Positions 27,539-36,546 of a stretch of DNA of 64,000 bases are shown here, piece after piece. A model generated the notes under the pieces. That model worked only from the letters and a program-made list of their open reading frames with translations. It had not been told where the DNA came from and searched no databases. The position numbers and the translations under genes were made by a program. This DNA comes from Clostridia bacterium (GTDB taxonomy: Bacteria > Bacillota > Clostridia > Oscillospirales > CAG-272), in assembly GCA_017942005.1 (NCBI GenBank), contig JAGAVJ010000039.1:95591-159590 (forward strand). The letters run 5' to 3'. Every line of letters begins with the position of its first letter. Positions within the stretch are counted from its first letter, which is position 1.

Positions 27539-28546
27539 CTACTGTCCCATTTCCCCTCGCAGAAATGCAAAAATTTTTTTCTCCGTCCGGGAAACCTTCA
27601 CCTGCGACAGCCCCAGCAGAGCCGCGGTCTGCTGCTGCGAAAGCTGTTTTTCATAACGCAGCCGCAAAATCATCTGCTCCAGCTGCGGCAGCTTTGCCAC
27701 CGCGTCATAGAGAGAAAGCCGTTCTGTCAGGCGATCAATGTCGTTTTCCTCTTCGCACAATACATGTTCCAGTGTAAAGACTTCATCCTCTCCCCCATCC
27801 CCGCCGGCCATCGGCTCGGACAGCGATGCAACCGGCGCTGCCGCATCCAGCAAAAAGACCAGAGATTCCGGCGTTTCTCCCGATATCTCGGAAAGCTCCG
27901 CCACCGTTGGTTCCCGCCCTTTTTCTCGCAGAAACTTTTCCTTTTCCTGCAAAACATGATATCCGCGCCGTTTTGTGTCTCTTGAAACCTTTACCATTCC
28001 GTCATCTCTAAGACAGCGGCGGATTTCACCGACAATCAGCGGAACCGCATACGTCGAAAACGTCGTTTCAAACGAAAAATCAAAGCTGCGCACCGCACGA
28101 ATCATGCCAATGGTTCCAATCTGCACAAGGTCCTCATATTCGATACCGGCATGAGACGCAAGCCTGTCCCGATACCGTGCTGCAATGGCATGGACAAGAC
28201 CCGCGTTTTGCTCTGTTAAAGCCGACAGTGCCGCCGCGCGCCCTGCTTCGTCCGCCGCATCGTGATATCTGTGCAAAAGGCGCAGATTTTCTTCATTTCT
28301 GTGCGTATTGTCCGTATTCTGACGGGTTTCGTTTCCGGGCGCCGTTTCCGCAGACGGTTGCGTATGCGAAACTTGTTTCGCGTGCGAAGCTTGATTCGCA
28401 TACGAAACTTGTTTCACGTGCGGAATTGCTGTTGACGTCACTGCCTTTGACACTGCGGTCTTTGACACTGTTGTCTTTGACACTGCTGCCCTCTCCGGTA
28501 CAGAAGAAGTGTGTGGGCGGCGGGAACGTACCCCGATTTCGCTCAC
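27539..28546 (-). CDS. sigF: Sporulation sigma factor SigF with ~85-aa repeat-containing N-terminal extension
   Basis: Sigma-70 regions 2-4 are present (LVHAIAARY, YEDLVQIGTIGMIRAVRSFD, LSQQQTAALLGLSQVKVSRTEKK). ATGA overlap with spoIIAB. Third gene of the spoIIA operon. Confidence 0.85.
   Translation of the reverse strand: MSEIGVRSRRPHTSSVPERAAVSKTTVSKTAVSKAVTSTAIPHVKQVSYANQASHAKQVSHTQPSAETAPGNETRQNTDNTHRNEENLRLLHRYHDAADEAGRAAALSALTEQNAGLVHAIAARYRDRLASHAGIEYEDLVQIGTIGMIRAVRSFDFSFETTFSTYAVPLIVGEIRRCLRDDGMVKVSRDTKRRGYHVLQEKEKFLREKGREPTVAELSEISGETPESLVFLLDAAAPVASLSEPMAGGDGGEDEVFTLEHVLCEEENDIDRLTERLSLYDAVAKLPQLEQMILRLRYEKQLSQQQTAALLGLSQVKVSRTEKKIFAFLRGEMGQ
28364..28489. repeat. In-frame tandem repeats inside the sigF N-terminal extension
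   Basis: 3 x 18 bp at 28364-28417 (ATGCGAAACTTGTTTCGC-like, each a small palindrome) and 3 x 15 bp at 28445-28489 (CTTTGACACTGNNGN). They encode HxKQVS and VSKTx repeats. Confidence 0.85.
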
Positions 28547-29142
28547 GCAATACCCTCCTGTCCATGACCGGAGGGGTCGTTTTGCACATTCTGCTGCGCC
28601 CCCGGTACTTCTATCGTTCCTTCGTCCTCCGTTTTCTCTTCCGCCAAAGGGTGTACGGGAGGTGCAAACTTCTTGCGCATCTCTACGGTTGTCCCGCGGC
28701 CGGGCGCACTTTTGACACGTACCGCATCCATGAAATTCTGCATGATAGCAAATCCCATACCGCTTCTTTCACCGCTCATATCTGTGGTATACAACGGCTC
28801 CATTGCCTGCGGAATATCACCGATGCCGCAGCCGCGATCACGGATGATAATTTTGATGCTTCTGTCATCGTACAGCGTCGTCAGTATGTAAACGGTGCGC
28901 TGCCTGTCATCTTTCGCCTGGGTATCGCCCTTGTAGGCATGCACGACAACATTTGTCACCGCTTCCGATACCGCACAGCGCACATCGGCAAGATCATCGA
29001 CCGTGATATCAAGCTGTGCTGCCATAGCGCAGATCATAGCGCGGGACAGACGTTCATTTTCTGACACCGCATAAAATTCTGTTTTCATCTGATTGAGGAT
29101 ATGCTTTTTTTTACGTTTGCTTCCATTTTCCTTGATCGCCAT
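28543..29142 (-). CDS. spoIIAB: Anti-sigma F factor SpoIIAB (serine kinase) with N- and C-terminal extensions
   Basis: HATPase_c motifs (EAVTNVVVHAY, IIIRDRGCGI, ERSGMGFAIM). 199 aa, against roughly 146 aa for canonical SpoIIAB as I recall. Confidence 0.85.
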   Translation of the reverse strand: MAIKENGSKRKKKHILNQMKTEFYAVSENERLSRAMICAMAAQLDITVDDLADVRCAVSEAVTNVVVHAYKGDTQAKDDRQRTVYILTTLYDDRSIKIIIRDRGCGIGDIPQAMEPLYTTDMSGERSGMGFAIMQNFMDAVRVKSAPGRGTTVEMRKKFAPPVHPLAEEKTEDEGTIEVPGAQQNVQNDPSGHGQEGIA

Positions 29143-29145
29143 CCC

Positions 29146-29523
29146 TCAATTCCCCTCCTTTTTCGGTGCATGGTAAATTTTTTCTATCGACAGCTTCTTA
29201 TCCATACCGGAAAGCTCTAAAATCCGCATCACACGTGCTGGTGGATCTACAAGACGAAATGCAGCCCCCAGCGTTCTGCACAGCTGATACCGTCCCATAA
29301 AAAAGCCAAGTCCCGCTGAATCCATAAATTCCACACCGCAAAGAACGATCCGCACGGTTTTCGGATGATAAAAATAAATTTCACGGTCGACGCTTTGTCT
29401 CAGCGCTGCCGCACAGTGATGATCGATGTCCCCTGTCAAAGACAGCGTCAGAACTCCCCCTTCATATTCCGACGCAACACCGGGGGAGCGCAGCGTATCG
29501 TCACAATTCTGTACCTTGGGCAT
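29146..29523 (-). CDS. spoIIAA: Anti-sigma F factor antagonist SpoIIAA (STAS)
   Basis: STAS domain with the phosphorylatable Ser context FMDSAGLG. First gene of the spoIIA operon. Confidence 0.85.
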   Translation of the reverse strand: MPKVQNCDDTLRSPGVASEYEGGVLTLSLTGDIDHHCAAALRQSVDREIYFYHPKTVRIVLCGVEFMDSAGLGFFMGRYQLCRTLGAAFRLVDPPARVMRILELSGMDKKLSIEKIYHAPKKEGN

Positions 29524-29633
29524 GATGATATCTTCCTTTCCTGCAAGTTTTCTACACTAACAGTATACCACATCCCACCTGCAAAAAAAGGCGGAATATG
29601 GGAGTGCATAAAAGTCTGAAAAAATTTTTCAAA

Positions 29634-29840
29634 GGGCTGTCGCATTAACATGCTCCATCCTATAAAATTCGCCTTTTCGCTATGTATTTTTAACAAAATC
29701 CATAGCGAAAACGCCGAATTCGGATCACTTCGTGATCCCCGGGCTGTGATTTTGTGACTTTCGTTGCTTGAAAAGCAACGATGTCCGCCTGCGGTATAAC
29801 CGCGTGCGGGCGCGTCACAACTCCACAATGAGAGGAAATG
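29634..29840 (+). repeat. Hairpin-array leader repeat, long copy (family B)
   Basis: Aligns with the reverse complement of 7606-7837. The GTGAC..GTCAC hairpin (29754-29818) carries a 55-nt loop containing further hairpins. Ends in CCACAATGAGAGGAAATG. Confidence 0.85.
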
Positions 29841-29904
29841 AAAAATGCACAAGTCCGCAAACATGCAGACCTGTGCAAAAAATATGAGGTAAGTATTGTA
29901 AATT

Positions 29905-32900
29905 TTATTCTTTTCCTGCGCTTGCAGCTTCATAGGTACAGAGAATTTGCTCGATTCCCGAAAGCAGACTCATCCCGCGCGGAAGCCTTGCCTGTATACA
30001 CGGCTTTTGTCCTGCGGAAAGCGTCAGCCGGATCGGCAGCATCGCAGGACCTCCCACAGCAGATGATTTACCGTTTCCGATAGTGCCTTTGCCTCCTGCC
30101 GCCGCATTGGCAGCAGCATTCCCTGCCTTTGCCATTGCAGCAGCACGTGCCATGGGCGTTGCATACTTCTGCGGCTGGGCGGTTTGAGCTGCGGCAGTCG
30201 GTACCCGCCTATTTGGGGATTGTGCGGTATGCGTCGTTTGTGTACTGCGTGCGGTATTGCCTTGTACAGTCTCCTTTGGCAGCGCATCTGCTGTCAGCAT
30301 TTCCGCACAGGCTGCCCATGCGGCGCCGTCAAATACAACAGGAAACAATAAAATACTCTGCTGCCGTGCTTCAATACGGGCAATGTGCTGTGCCGATGCC
30401 ATTGCACGCAGATACGAAATTGCAACCAGATTCTGTGCCGCCTTTGGCGGTGTACCGAATCGGTCGGTCAGCTCGTCGAGAATATCCCGCTTGTCTTCTT
30501 CTGTCTCCACTGCCGCAATCTTTTTATAAAGATCAATGCGCTGTGCGGCAGATTTCACATACTTCTCGGGCAGATAGGCGTCAAGGGAGATATCAATGAC
30601 AGACTCTGTCTTCGGCGTGATATGTTCTCCGCGCTCCTCTAAAATCGCTTCATTCAACAGCTTGATATATAAATCATATCCGACGCTTTCCATATGCCCG
30701 TGCTGTTCCGACCCCAGTAAATTACCGGCGCCGCGAATCTCCAAATCACGCATGGCAATTTTAAAGCCGGAGCCGAATTCCGTATATTCTCGGATTGCCT
30801 GAAGCCGTTTTGACGCAATTTCCGTCAGTGTTTTTCCCTTTGGATAGGTAAAATACGCATAGGCACGGCGGGAAGAGCGTCCGATGCGTCCGCGAATCTG
30901 GTGCAGCTGAGAAAGTCCCATGCGGTCTGCATGTTCAATCACTAAGGTATTGGCATTCGGGATATCGATACCGGTTTCGATAATGGTTGTGCTGACTAAA
31001 ATATCAACGTCTCCGTTTAATAACTGCTGCCAGATCGCAGAGATTTCTTCCTTATCCATCTTCCCATGTGCAATGGCAACGCTGGCGTCCGGTGCAATAC
31101 CCGAGACCCGTGCGGCACAAGCGTCGATATCTTCCACCCGGTTGTGAAGCCAGAAAATCTGACCGCCGCGCCGCAGTTCCTTTTTCAACGCTTCTCCGAG
31201 AATCTGCTCATCGTACTCAAGGACATAGGACTGTACCGGCACACGGTCGCCCGGCGCTTCGTCCAATACACTCATATCGCGAATGCCGGACATCGCCATA
31301 TTCAGCGTGCGCGGAATTGGCGTTGCAGACAGCATCAGACAGTCGACATTTTCCGTCAGCGCCTTCAATTTTTCCTTTGCAGCAACGCCAAAGCGCTGTT
31401 CCTCGTCAATAATGACAAGACCGAGATCACGAAACGCCACATCCTTGGACACAAGGCGATGCGTTCCGACAATGATATCAATTTCTCCGCGCCGGAGCCG
31501 CCGGATGATCTCCTCCTGCTGCTTTGGCGTGCGGAAACGGGAAAGAATTTCCGCATGCACCGGAAGTCCGCGAAAACGGGACAGAATGGTCTGATAATGC
31601 TGCATGGCAAGAATGGTTGTCGGCACAAGAATGGCAACCTGCTTGCCGCACTCTATCGCCTTCATCGCCGCACGCAATGCAACCTCCGTTTTTCCGTAAC
31701 CGACATCGCCGCACAGCAGTCTGTCCATCGGCACTGCCCGCTGCATATCCGCTTTGATTTCCGCAATGGCATTTTCCTGACTGTCCGTCTCCTCATAGGG
31801 AAATAAGGATTCAAAGGTACGCTGCATGTCGTCGTCCGCAGCAAACGCATAACCGGGTTTTCTGAGACGCGCCGCATAGAGTGCAATCAGCTCCTTTGCC
31901 ATGTTCTTGGCGGCAGCCTTGACACGGGCTTTTGTCTTTGTCCATTCCGTACCGCCCATTTTCGACAGCTTGACAATGCCGTCCTCGCCGCGCGCACCAA
32001 TGTATTTGGAGATCATATCAAGCTGTTCACACGGCAGAAACAGTGCATCCTCACCCGCATACTGGATTTTCACATAATCGTGGCTGGTGCCGTCAATTCC
32101 TGTGATGGTCTGGATGCCGCGATACTGTCCAATTCCGTGGTTGACATGCACTACGTAGTCTCCGACCGTCAAATCCGCATAAGAAAGGATCCGTTCCGCT
32201 GCCGATTTTTTCTTTTTGTTCTTTTTTGCGCGTCCGGCAATCGCTTTTGCGTATGCTGTATGGGTCGGAAACGTGGACAGTACCGCGAAACGGCTTTCCG
32301 GCAGCTCATAGCCGACCGCATCCATTCCGCAGACAATGACCGGTACACCGGGGACCAGATCGGTAAGCGGAAAGTCATGTGCCTCCGACAGTGACGTCGT
32401 AATGCCGTCGTCAAACAGGCTGTCGCGCAAATTTTTAGCGGAAAACGGATTTTCGGACAGCAAAAGCAGACGGTATCCCCCGGCGATATAACCGCGGACA
32501 TCTTCGCACAGCGTCTCATAGCTTTCCGCATAGGAGATAAGCTGCTTTGAGCGGAACGTAAAAATTCCGGAAAGCTTTCCGACCGACGAGGATGCAAAGG
32601 AATCGCAGAGCAGCGTCGGCGCCTGCTTTATGGCATAGTCAAAGTCCGACTGCCACTTTGTATATTCCGCATACTTTGCTGCAATGGTGTTTGCTTCAAG
32701 GAGGGTGGTAATCGCTTGCCGGATATGCCACTCGGAGGAAGAAAGCCGCTCTGCAATTTTCGCGGTGTCCAATACCAGAACTGGAGAGGTGATGCGGTGC
32801 GTTTCGTCATCCATGAAATAATCCAGCAAACACTGTTTTTCCGGATAAAGATAGGTGATATATTTGTCAAGGAAACTCGGCTCGACGCCGCCGTCAAGGA

Positions 32901-33726
32901 CTTCCAGTTCTGCTTCGAGCGCCCTCACCCCATCCTCGGTCTTGCACACAGAACACTGCTTTGCAATCAACGTGCGGAGACTTTTTTTCTTTTCCGGCGA
33001 AAGAAGCACTTCCTTTGCAGGCGGCAAAAAGCAGACGTCGGTTTGCTCAATTTTCCGCTGGGTCAGCGCGTCAAAAATCCCCATTTGATCAATCTCATCA
33101 CCGAAAAATTCGATGCGCACCGGATTTTCATTCTGTGCCGGGAAAACATCTAATATTCCGCCGCGCACCGCAAATTCTCCGACGCCGTCCACAAGCTCGC
33201 ACCGGACATATCCGGCGGAGGTCAAAGCATCGAGCAGAGAATTCAGCGTATATTCCCCAGATGCAGAAATCGTCAATGTATGGTGCAAAAGCGTTTCTTT
33301 TGGAATGGTGTACTGGAGCGCCGCGTCGGGAACCGCCAGAACCGCGTCACAGGTATTGGAAAGAATCGCACAAAGCGCTGCAATGCGTTCATGCTCAAAT
33401 TCATGGGATGCCGTAATATTATGAAAAATGAAATCGCGCAACGGATAAACCACTGTAGAAAGTCCTGCTTCCTGCAAATCATTCTGTAATTTCAAAAGCT
33501 CTTTTTCATCAGACGGAATGCACAGCACTGGGCGGTCCGGCGATAGCTTTCGCAGCTCTGCTGTCATCGCCGCATAGAAAACATCTTTCGCGCCCTCAGA
33601 CAATCCTGTCACAAGCATCGGATGCGGATTGCGTTCCAGCCGCTGCATCCGATAGGTTTCAAGAATCGCCCCGAACTCTTTCTCCGTGCGCATCTGGTCA
33701 TATAGTATGGTAAATTGCTTTGACAT
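29905..33726 (-). CDS. mfd: Transcription-repair coupling factor Mfd with low-complexity insertion near the C-terminus
   Basis: UvrB-homology region, CarD-like domain (VGDYVVHVNHGIG), DEAD/DEAH helicase motifs (GDVGYGKTEVA, DEEQRFG, SATPIPRT, QLHQIRGRIGRS) and TRCF domain. Start at MSKQFTILY. Confidence 0.95.
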   Translation of the reverse strand: MSKQFTILYDQMRTEKEFGAILETYRMQRLERNPHPMLVTGLSEGAKDVFYAAMTAELRKLSPDRPVLCIPSDEKELLKLQNDLQEAGLSTVVYPLRDFIFHNITASHEFEHERIAALCAILSNTCDAVLAVPDAALQYTIPKETLLHHTLTISASGEYTLNSLLDALTSAGYVRCELVDGVGEFAVRGGILDVFPAQNENPVRIEFFGDEIDQMGIFDALTQRKIEQTDVCFLPPAKEVLLSPEKKKSLRTLIAKQCSVCKTEDGVRALEAELEVLDGGVEPSFLDKYITYLYPEKQCLLDYFMDDETHRITSPVLVLDTAKIAERLSSSEWHIRQAITTLLEANTIAAKYAEYTKWQSDFDYAIKQAPTLLCDSFASSSVGKLSGIFTFRSKQLISYAESYETLCEDVRGYIAGGYRLLLLSENPFSAKNLRDSLFDDGITTSLSEAHDFPLTDLVPGVPVIVCGMDAVGYELPESRFAVLSTFPTHTAYAKAIAGRAKKNKKKKSAAERILSYADLTVGDYVVHVNHGIGQYRGIQTITGIDGTSHDYVKIQYAGEDALFLPCEQLDMISKYIGARGEDGIVKLSKMGGTEWTKTKARVKAAAKNMAKELIALYAARLRKPGYAFAADDDMQRTFESLFPYEETDSQENAIAEIKADMQRAVPMDRLLCGDVGYGKTEVALRAAMKAIECGKQVAILVPTTILAMQHYQTILSRFRGLPVHAEILSRFRTPKQQEEIIRRLRRGEIDIIVGTHRLVSKDVAFRDLGLVIIDEEQRFGVAAKEKLKALTENVDCLMLSATPIPRTLNMAMSGIRDMSVLDEAPGDRVPVQSYVLEYDEQILGEALKKELRRGGQIFWLHNRVEDIDACAARVSGIAPDASVAIAHGKMDKEEISAIWQQLLNGDVDILVSTTIIETGIDIPNANTLVIEHADRMGLSQLHQIRGRIGRSSRRAYAYFTYPKGKTLTEIASKRLQAIREYTEFGSGFKIAMRDLEIRGAGNLLGSEQHGHMESVGYDLYIKLLNEAILEERGEHITPKTESVIDISLDAYLPEKYVKSAAQRIDLYKKIAAVETEEDKRDILDELTDRFGTPPKAAQNLVAISYLRAMASAQHIARIEARQQSILLFPVVFDGAAWAACAEMLTADALPKETVQGNTARSTQTTHTAQSPNRRVPTAAAQTAQPQKYATPMARAAAMAKAGNAAANAAAGGKGTIGNGKSSAVGGPAMLPIRLTLSAGQKPCIQARLPRGMSLLSGIEQILCTYEAASAGKE

Positions 33727-33748
33727 GCGTACTCCTTTTCTAATCTTT

Positions 33749-33812
33749 TGAGGCGTTGCCTCAAACTCTATCAAGGGAACTTTTCGAGAAAAGTTCCCTT
33801 GAAACCCTCAAA
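33749..33812 (+). repeat. Family A elements, two units
   Basis: TGAGGC-GTT-GCCTCA-AA-CTCT, then GGGAACTTTTCGAGAAAAGTTCCC-TTGAAA-CCCTC-AAAAGCTT. Confidence 0.6.
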
Positions 33813-33847
33813 AGCTTCTTATCGGTATATAGGTTTATATACATTTC

Positions 33848-33905
33848 CCCAATATAAAAGTTTTTGGGGGGCTTGGGGGACTTTTTTCAAAAAGTCCCCC
33901 AAATA
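33848..33905 (-). repeat. Family A element (GGGGGA-type arms)
   Basis: Minus strand reads GGGGGACTTTTTGAAAAAAGTCCCCC-AAG-CCCCCC-AAAAACTTTTATAT. Begins 11 nt after the pth stop codon. Confidence 0.75.
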
Positions 33906-33915
33906 AGCATCCTTT

Positions 33916-34554
33916 TCAGCTCCCGCTTCCATTGCACAGCCTTGCTGCAAGATCGTGATCTCCTGCAAGCAAGGCGCGTGTACCGTCGACAAGGTTTTCC
34001 ATCCGTGCCAAAACGGCGTCATACTCTTTGGGCGGCAGTTTTCCAAGAACCCATTCGGCAAGGTCGTATTCCGGTGTCGGCTTCTGCCCGACACCAATTT
34101 TGATACGCGGGAAGTTCTCAGAACCAAGACATTCAATGATGCTCTTTAATCCGTTGTGTCCGCCGGCTGAACCGTTCATGCGTATACGCAGACGGCCGGG
34201 GGCAAGGGAGATATCGTCCGAATACACAATCACATGCTCCGGTGCAATTTTATAAAAGCTTGCCGCTTCTGCCACCGCTTTTCCGGAGGCGTTCATATAC
34301 GTCTGCGGCTTCATCAATAGTACACGTGTCTCTCCCACATTCCCTTCTCCAATCAGTGCATGAAACTTTGCGCGGTCTATTGCAATATGACAAGCAGACG
34401 CAAGGGCATCCGCTGCCATAAATCCGACGTTGTGGCGGGTACGTACATACTCCGTACCCGGGTTGCCAAGCCCCGCAATCAGCCATGAGACATTCCCCAT
34501 GCCCGCCTTTGGTGTGTTCTCGATTTTTTTAAACAAGTCAAATATATCTGCCAT
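33916..34554 (-). CDS. pth: Peptidyl-tRNA hydrolase
   Basis: GLGNPGTEYVRTRHNVGF, GGHNGLKSI. Start at MADIFDL. Confidence 0.9.
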   Translation of the reverse strand: MADIFDLFKKIENTPKAGMGNVSWLIAGLGNPGTEYVRTRHNVGFMAADALASACHIAIDRAKFHALIGEGNVGETRVLLMKPQTYMNASGKAVAEAASFYKIAPEHVIVYSDDISLAPGRLRIRMNGSAGGHNGLKSIIECLGSENFPRIKIGVGQKPTPEYDLAEWVLGKLPPKEYDAVLARMENLVDGTRALLAGDHDLAARLCNGSGS

Positions 34555-34892
34555 ATCCGTAGATTCTCCATTCTGTAAAAACAACAGAACCGGCGGAAAT
34601 TTCCCTGTACCCCTCGTACATCAAACTGTCCTGACAGGGTACCGAAAAAACTTCCGCTGATTCTAAACCATATGTATTATAGTATCATTATACCGCATTC
34701 CAGGAAAAAAAGCAAGGGCAGAATACAGAATCTCCAAAAAATTTTTATCTGCCGCACGGCTGCACTTGCTTTGTTCATACGAATATGATAAAATAATGTG
34801 AGTTCAATGAGAAAGTTTTACCAGCCAAGGCATCCATCAAAATCTTAGAAAAATAAATTGACAAAAAATAGTATAAATACGATACATTTTTC

Positions 34893-34996
34893 AGTTTAAA
34901 GTTTTTTGAAAGGGGTTTGGGGAAAAGCTTTTTTTTAAAAAAGTTTTCCCCATAAACCGCCCTCGCGTTAAAATAGGATATCACGAAATCGAAGCT
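34893..34996 (-). repeat. Family A element
   Basis: Minus strand reads TTTATG-GGGGAAAACTTTTTTAAAAAAAAGCTTTTCCCC-AAA-CCCCTTTC-AAAAAACTTTAAAC. A degenerate AGCTTCGAT end lies at 34984-34996. Confidence 0.75.
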
Positions 34997-35028
34997 GCAG
35001 GTCATGCAGCATAAAGGAAAGAAACGAC

Positions 35029-36423
35029 ATGGAACAAGCTGCACATCAAACCGACATCTCCAAAACGCCGTACCGCATCGGCATTCTTTGTGAATACAAT
35101 CCGTTTCATAACGGACATGCTCATCAAATTTCCGTACTGCGAAAAAAATATCCCGGCTGCTGCATCATCTGTCTCATGTCCGGCAGCTTTACCCAACGCG
35201 GAACGCCTGCCCTCCTTTCTAAATATACCCGTGCAAAGGCAGCTGCGGTATGCGGTGCAGATGTGGTGTTAGAACTGCCTCCTGCGTATGCGTTGTCCTC
35301 AGCGGCGTCTTTTGCCCGCGGCGGCGTCTGCATTCTGTCTGCACTCGGCGCAGACGCACTGTGCTTTGGTGTGGAAACATCTGCGTGCCCAAACAATGAT
35401 ACCGCAAGTTCAGACGTTTTTGCAGACAGTACCGCCGTCACGGAAGCTTTAATCGTCATTGCCGAGAGACTGGACAGTCCCGCGTTCATACAGGTATTGG
35501 AACAGGAACAGAAAACGGCTGAAAACGCACCGCTTGGGTATCCTGCCCTTGTACAGAAAGTCTATACCACGCTCTACAAAGACGATACGGTATCTCATCT
35601 TCTGACGCCGAACAACATTCTCGCCATCGAATATCTCCGCGCCATCAGAGAATGTACAGCGTGCGGCATGCCCCCCATGACCCCGATTGCCATTCCGCGC
35701 ATTGGCGCCGCACATGACGCACCGATTCCCGATGGAGATCAGCGGTCGGAGGAATTTGCCTCCGCGTCCGCCGTCAGAGCACTTCTTACAGGAGATAACC
35801 CCGCGTCTGCATGGAAGTATCTTCCGGCAGAATGGAAACCGTTATTGCAGGCGGATGAACAAAACGGATATATTGTCAAAGCATATGAGCCGCTGCTCGG
35901 TACACTGCTTTTGGATTTTTACAGGAACACTGCGCCAAAGATATTTTCTAAGATGCAGGATGTGGAATCGCACATTTCAGAACCGCAGCTTGCGGTCATC
36001 CGCCGTTTATGTCGTGCGGCACGGGAATGTGTAACGCTTCACGATCTATATGCACACGTATCCGCAAAGCATCTCACCGACGCTGCCGTGCGCAGAACGG
36101 CGCTGCGCGGATTCTTCGGCATCACAGAAGAAATGGAGCATACGCCCCCTCACTATCTCAATCTGCTTGCCCGCGCCAATACAGAAGCAGCATCCATATT
36201 TTTGCGCAGTGCCGCAAAAAGGTCGCTCCCATCAGAATCAGGTTCCCCTGCCGCATTTCCCCATTGCCCCCCGATTCTCTGCCGTCCCGCAATGACAAAA
36301 AAATTATCCGCGGCGGCACAATGTCATGTGGAACGTTACACACACATGGATGAGGTTTGGGGGATGCTGACCGAAACACCGATTCCCGCATCTGAGTGGA
36401 TGCGCATGAATGTGTTTCGTTAA
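35029..36423 (+). CDS. tmcAL: tRNA(Met) cytidine acetate ligase TmcAL (YlbM/DUF795 nucleotidyltransferase)
   Basis: The N-terminal GILCEYNPFHNGHAHQI motif and overall length support the call. Confidence 0.75.
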   Translation: MEQAAHQTDISKTPYRIGILCEYNPFHNGHAHQISVLRKKYPGCCIICLMSGSFTQRGTPALLSKYTRAKAAAVCGADVVLELPPAYALSSAASFARGGVCILSALGADALCFGVETSACPNNDTASSDVFADSTAVTEALIVIAERLDSPAFIQVLEQEQKTAENAPLGYPALVQKVYTTLYKDDTVSHLLTPNNILAIEYLRAIRECTACGMPPMTPIAIPRIGAAHDAPIPDGDQRSEEFASASAVRALLTGDNPASAWKYLPAEWKPLLQADEQNGYIVKAYEPLLGTLLLDFYRNTAPKIFSKMQDVESHISEPQLAVIRRLCRAARECVTLHDLYAHVSAKHLTDAAVRRTALRGFFGITEEMEHTPPHYLNLLARANTEAASIFLRSAAKRSLPSESGSPAAFPHCPPILCRPAMTKKLSAAAQCHVERYTHMDEVWGMLTETPIPASEWMRMNVFR

Positions 36424-36432
36424 GGCAAAAAA

Positions 36433-36482
36433 ACAGGAATCACGTCCCATAAACGCGGGGAAACGTGATTCCTGTTTTTTTT
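36433..36482. terminator. Bidirectional intrinsic terminator
   Basis: A-run, ACAGGAATCACGT(17 nt)ACGTGATTCCTGT, T8. Lies between convergent tmcAL and the activase gene. Confidence 0.8.
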
Positions 36483-36546
36483 AGTAGAATTTTAGAGGAT
36501 CATGAAACGGTACTTCGACCTTGACGCAATCGTATCCGTTTCGCAT

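Noticed and set aside
29646-29668. TTAACA..TATAAAAT inside the family B repeat (also in the 7606-7837 copy), considered as a mobile promoter.
   Set aside because: The spacing between the -35-like and -10-like hexamers is only 10-12 nt, too short for a sigma-A promoter. It cannot be supported from sequence alone.
29838-30083. An 81-aa ORF with a good SD (GAGAGGAAATGAAAA-ATG) supplied by the end of the family B repeat.
   Set aside because: It lies entirely antisense to the mfd 3' end and has no recognisable domain. It is most likely an accidental ORF created by the repeat's start module. It is kept only as a note under the Mfd finding.
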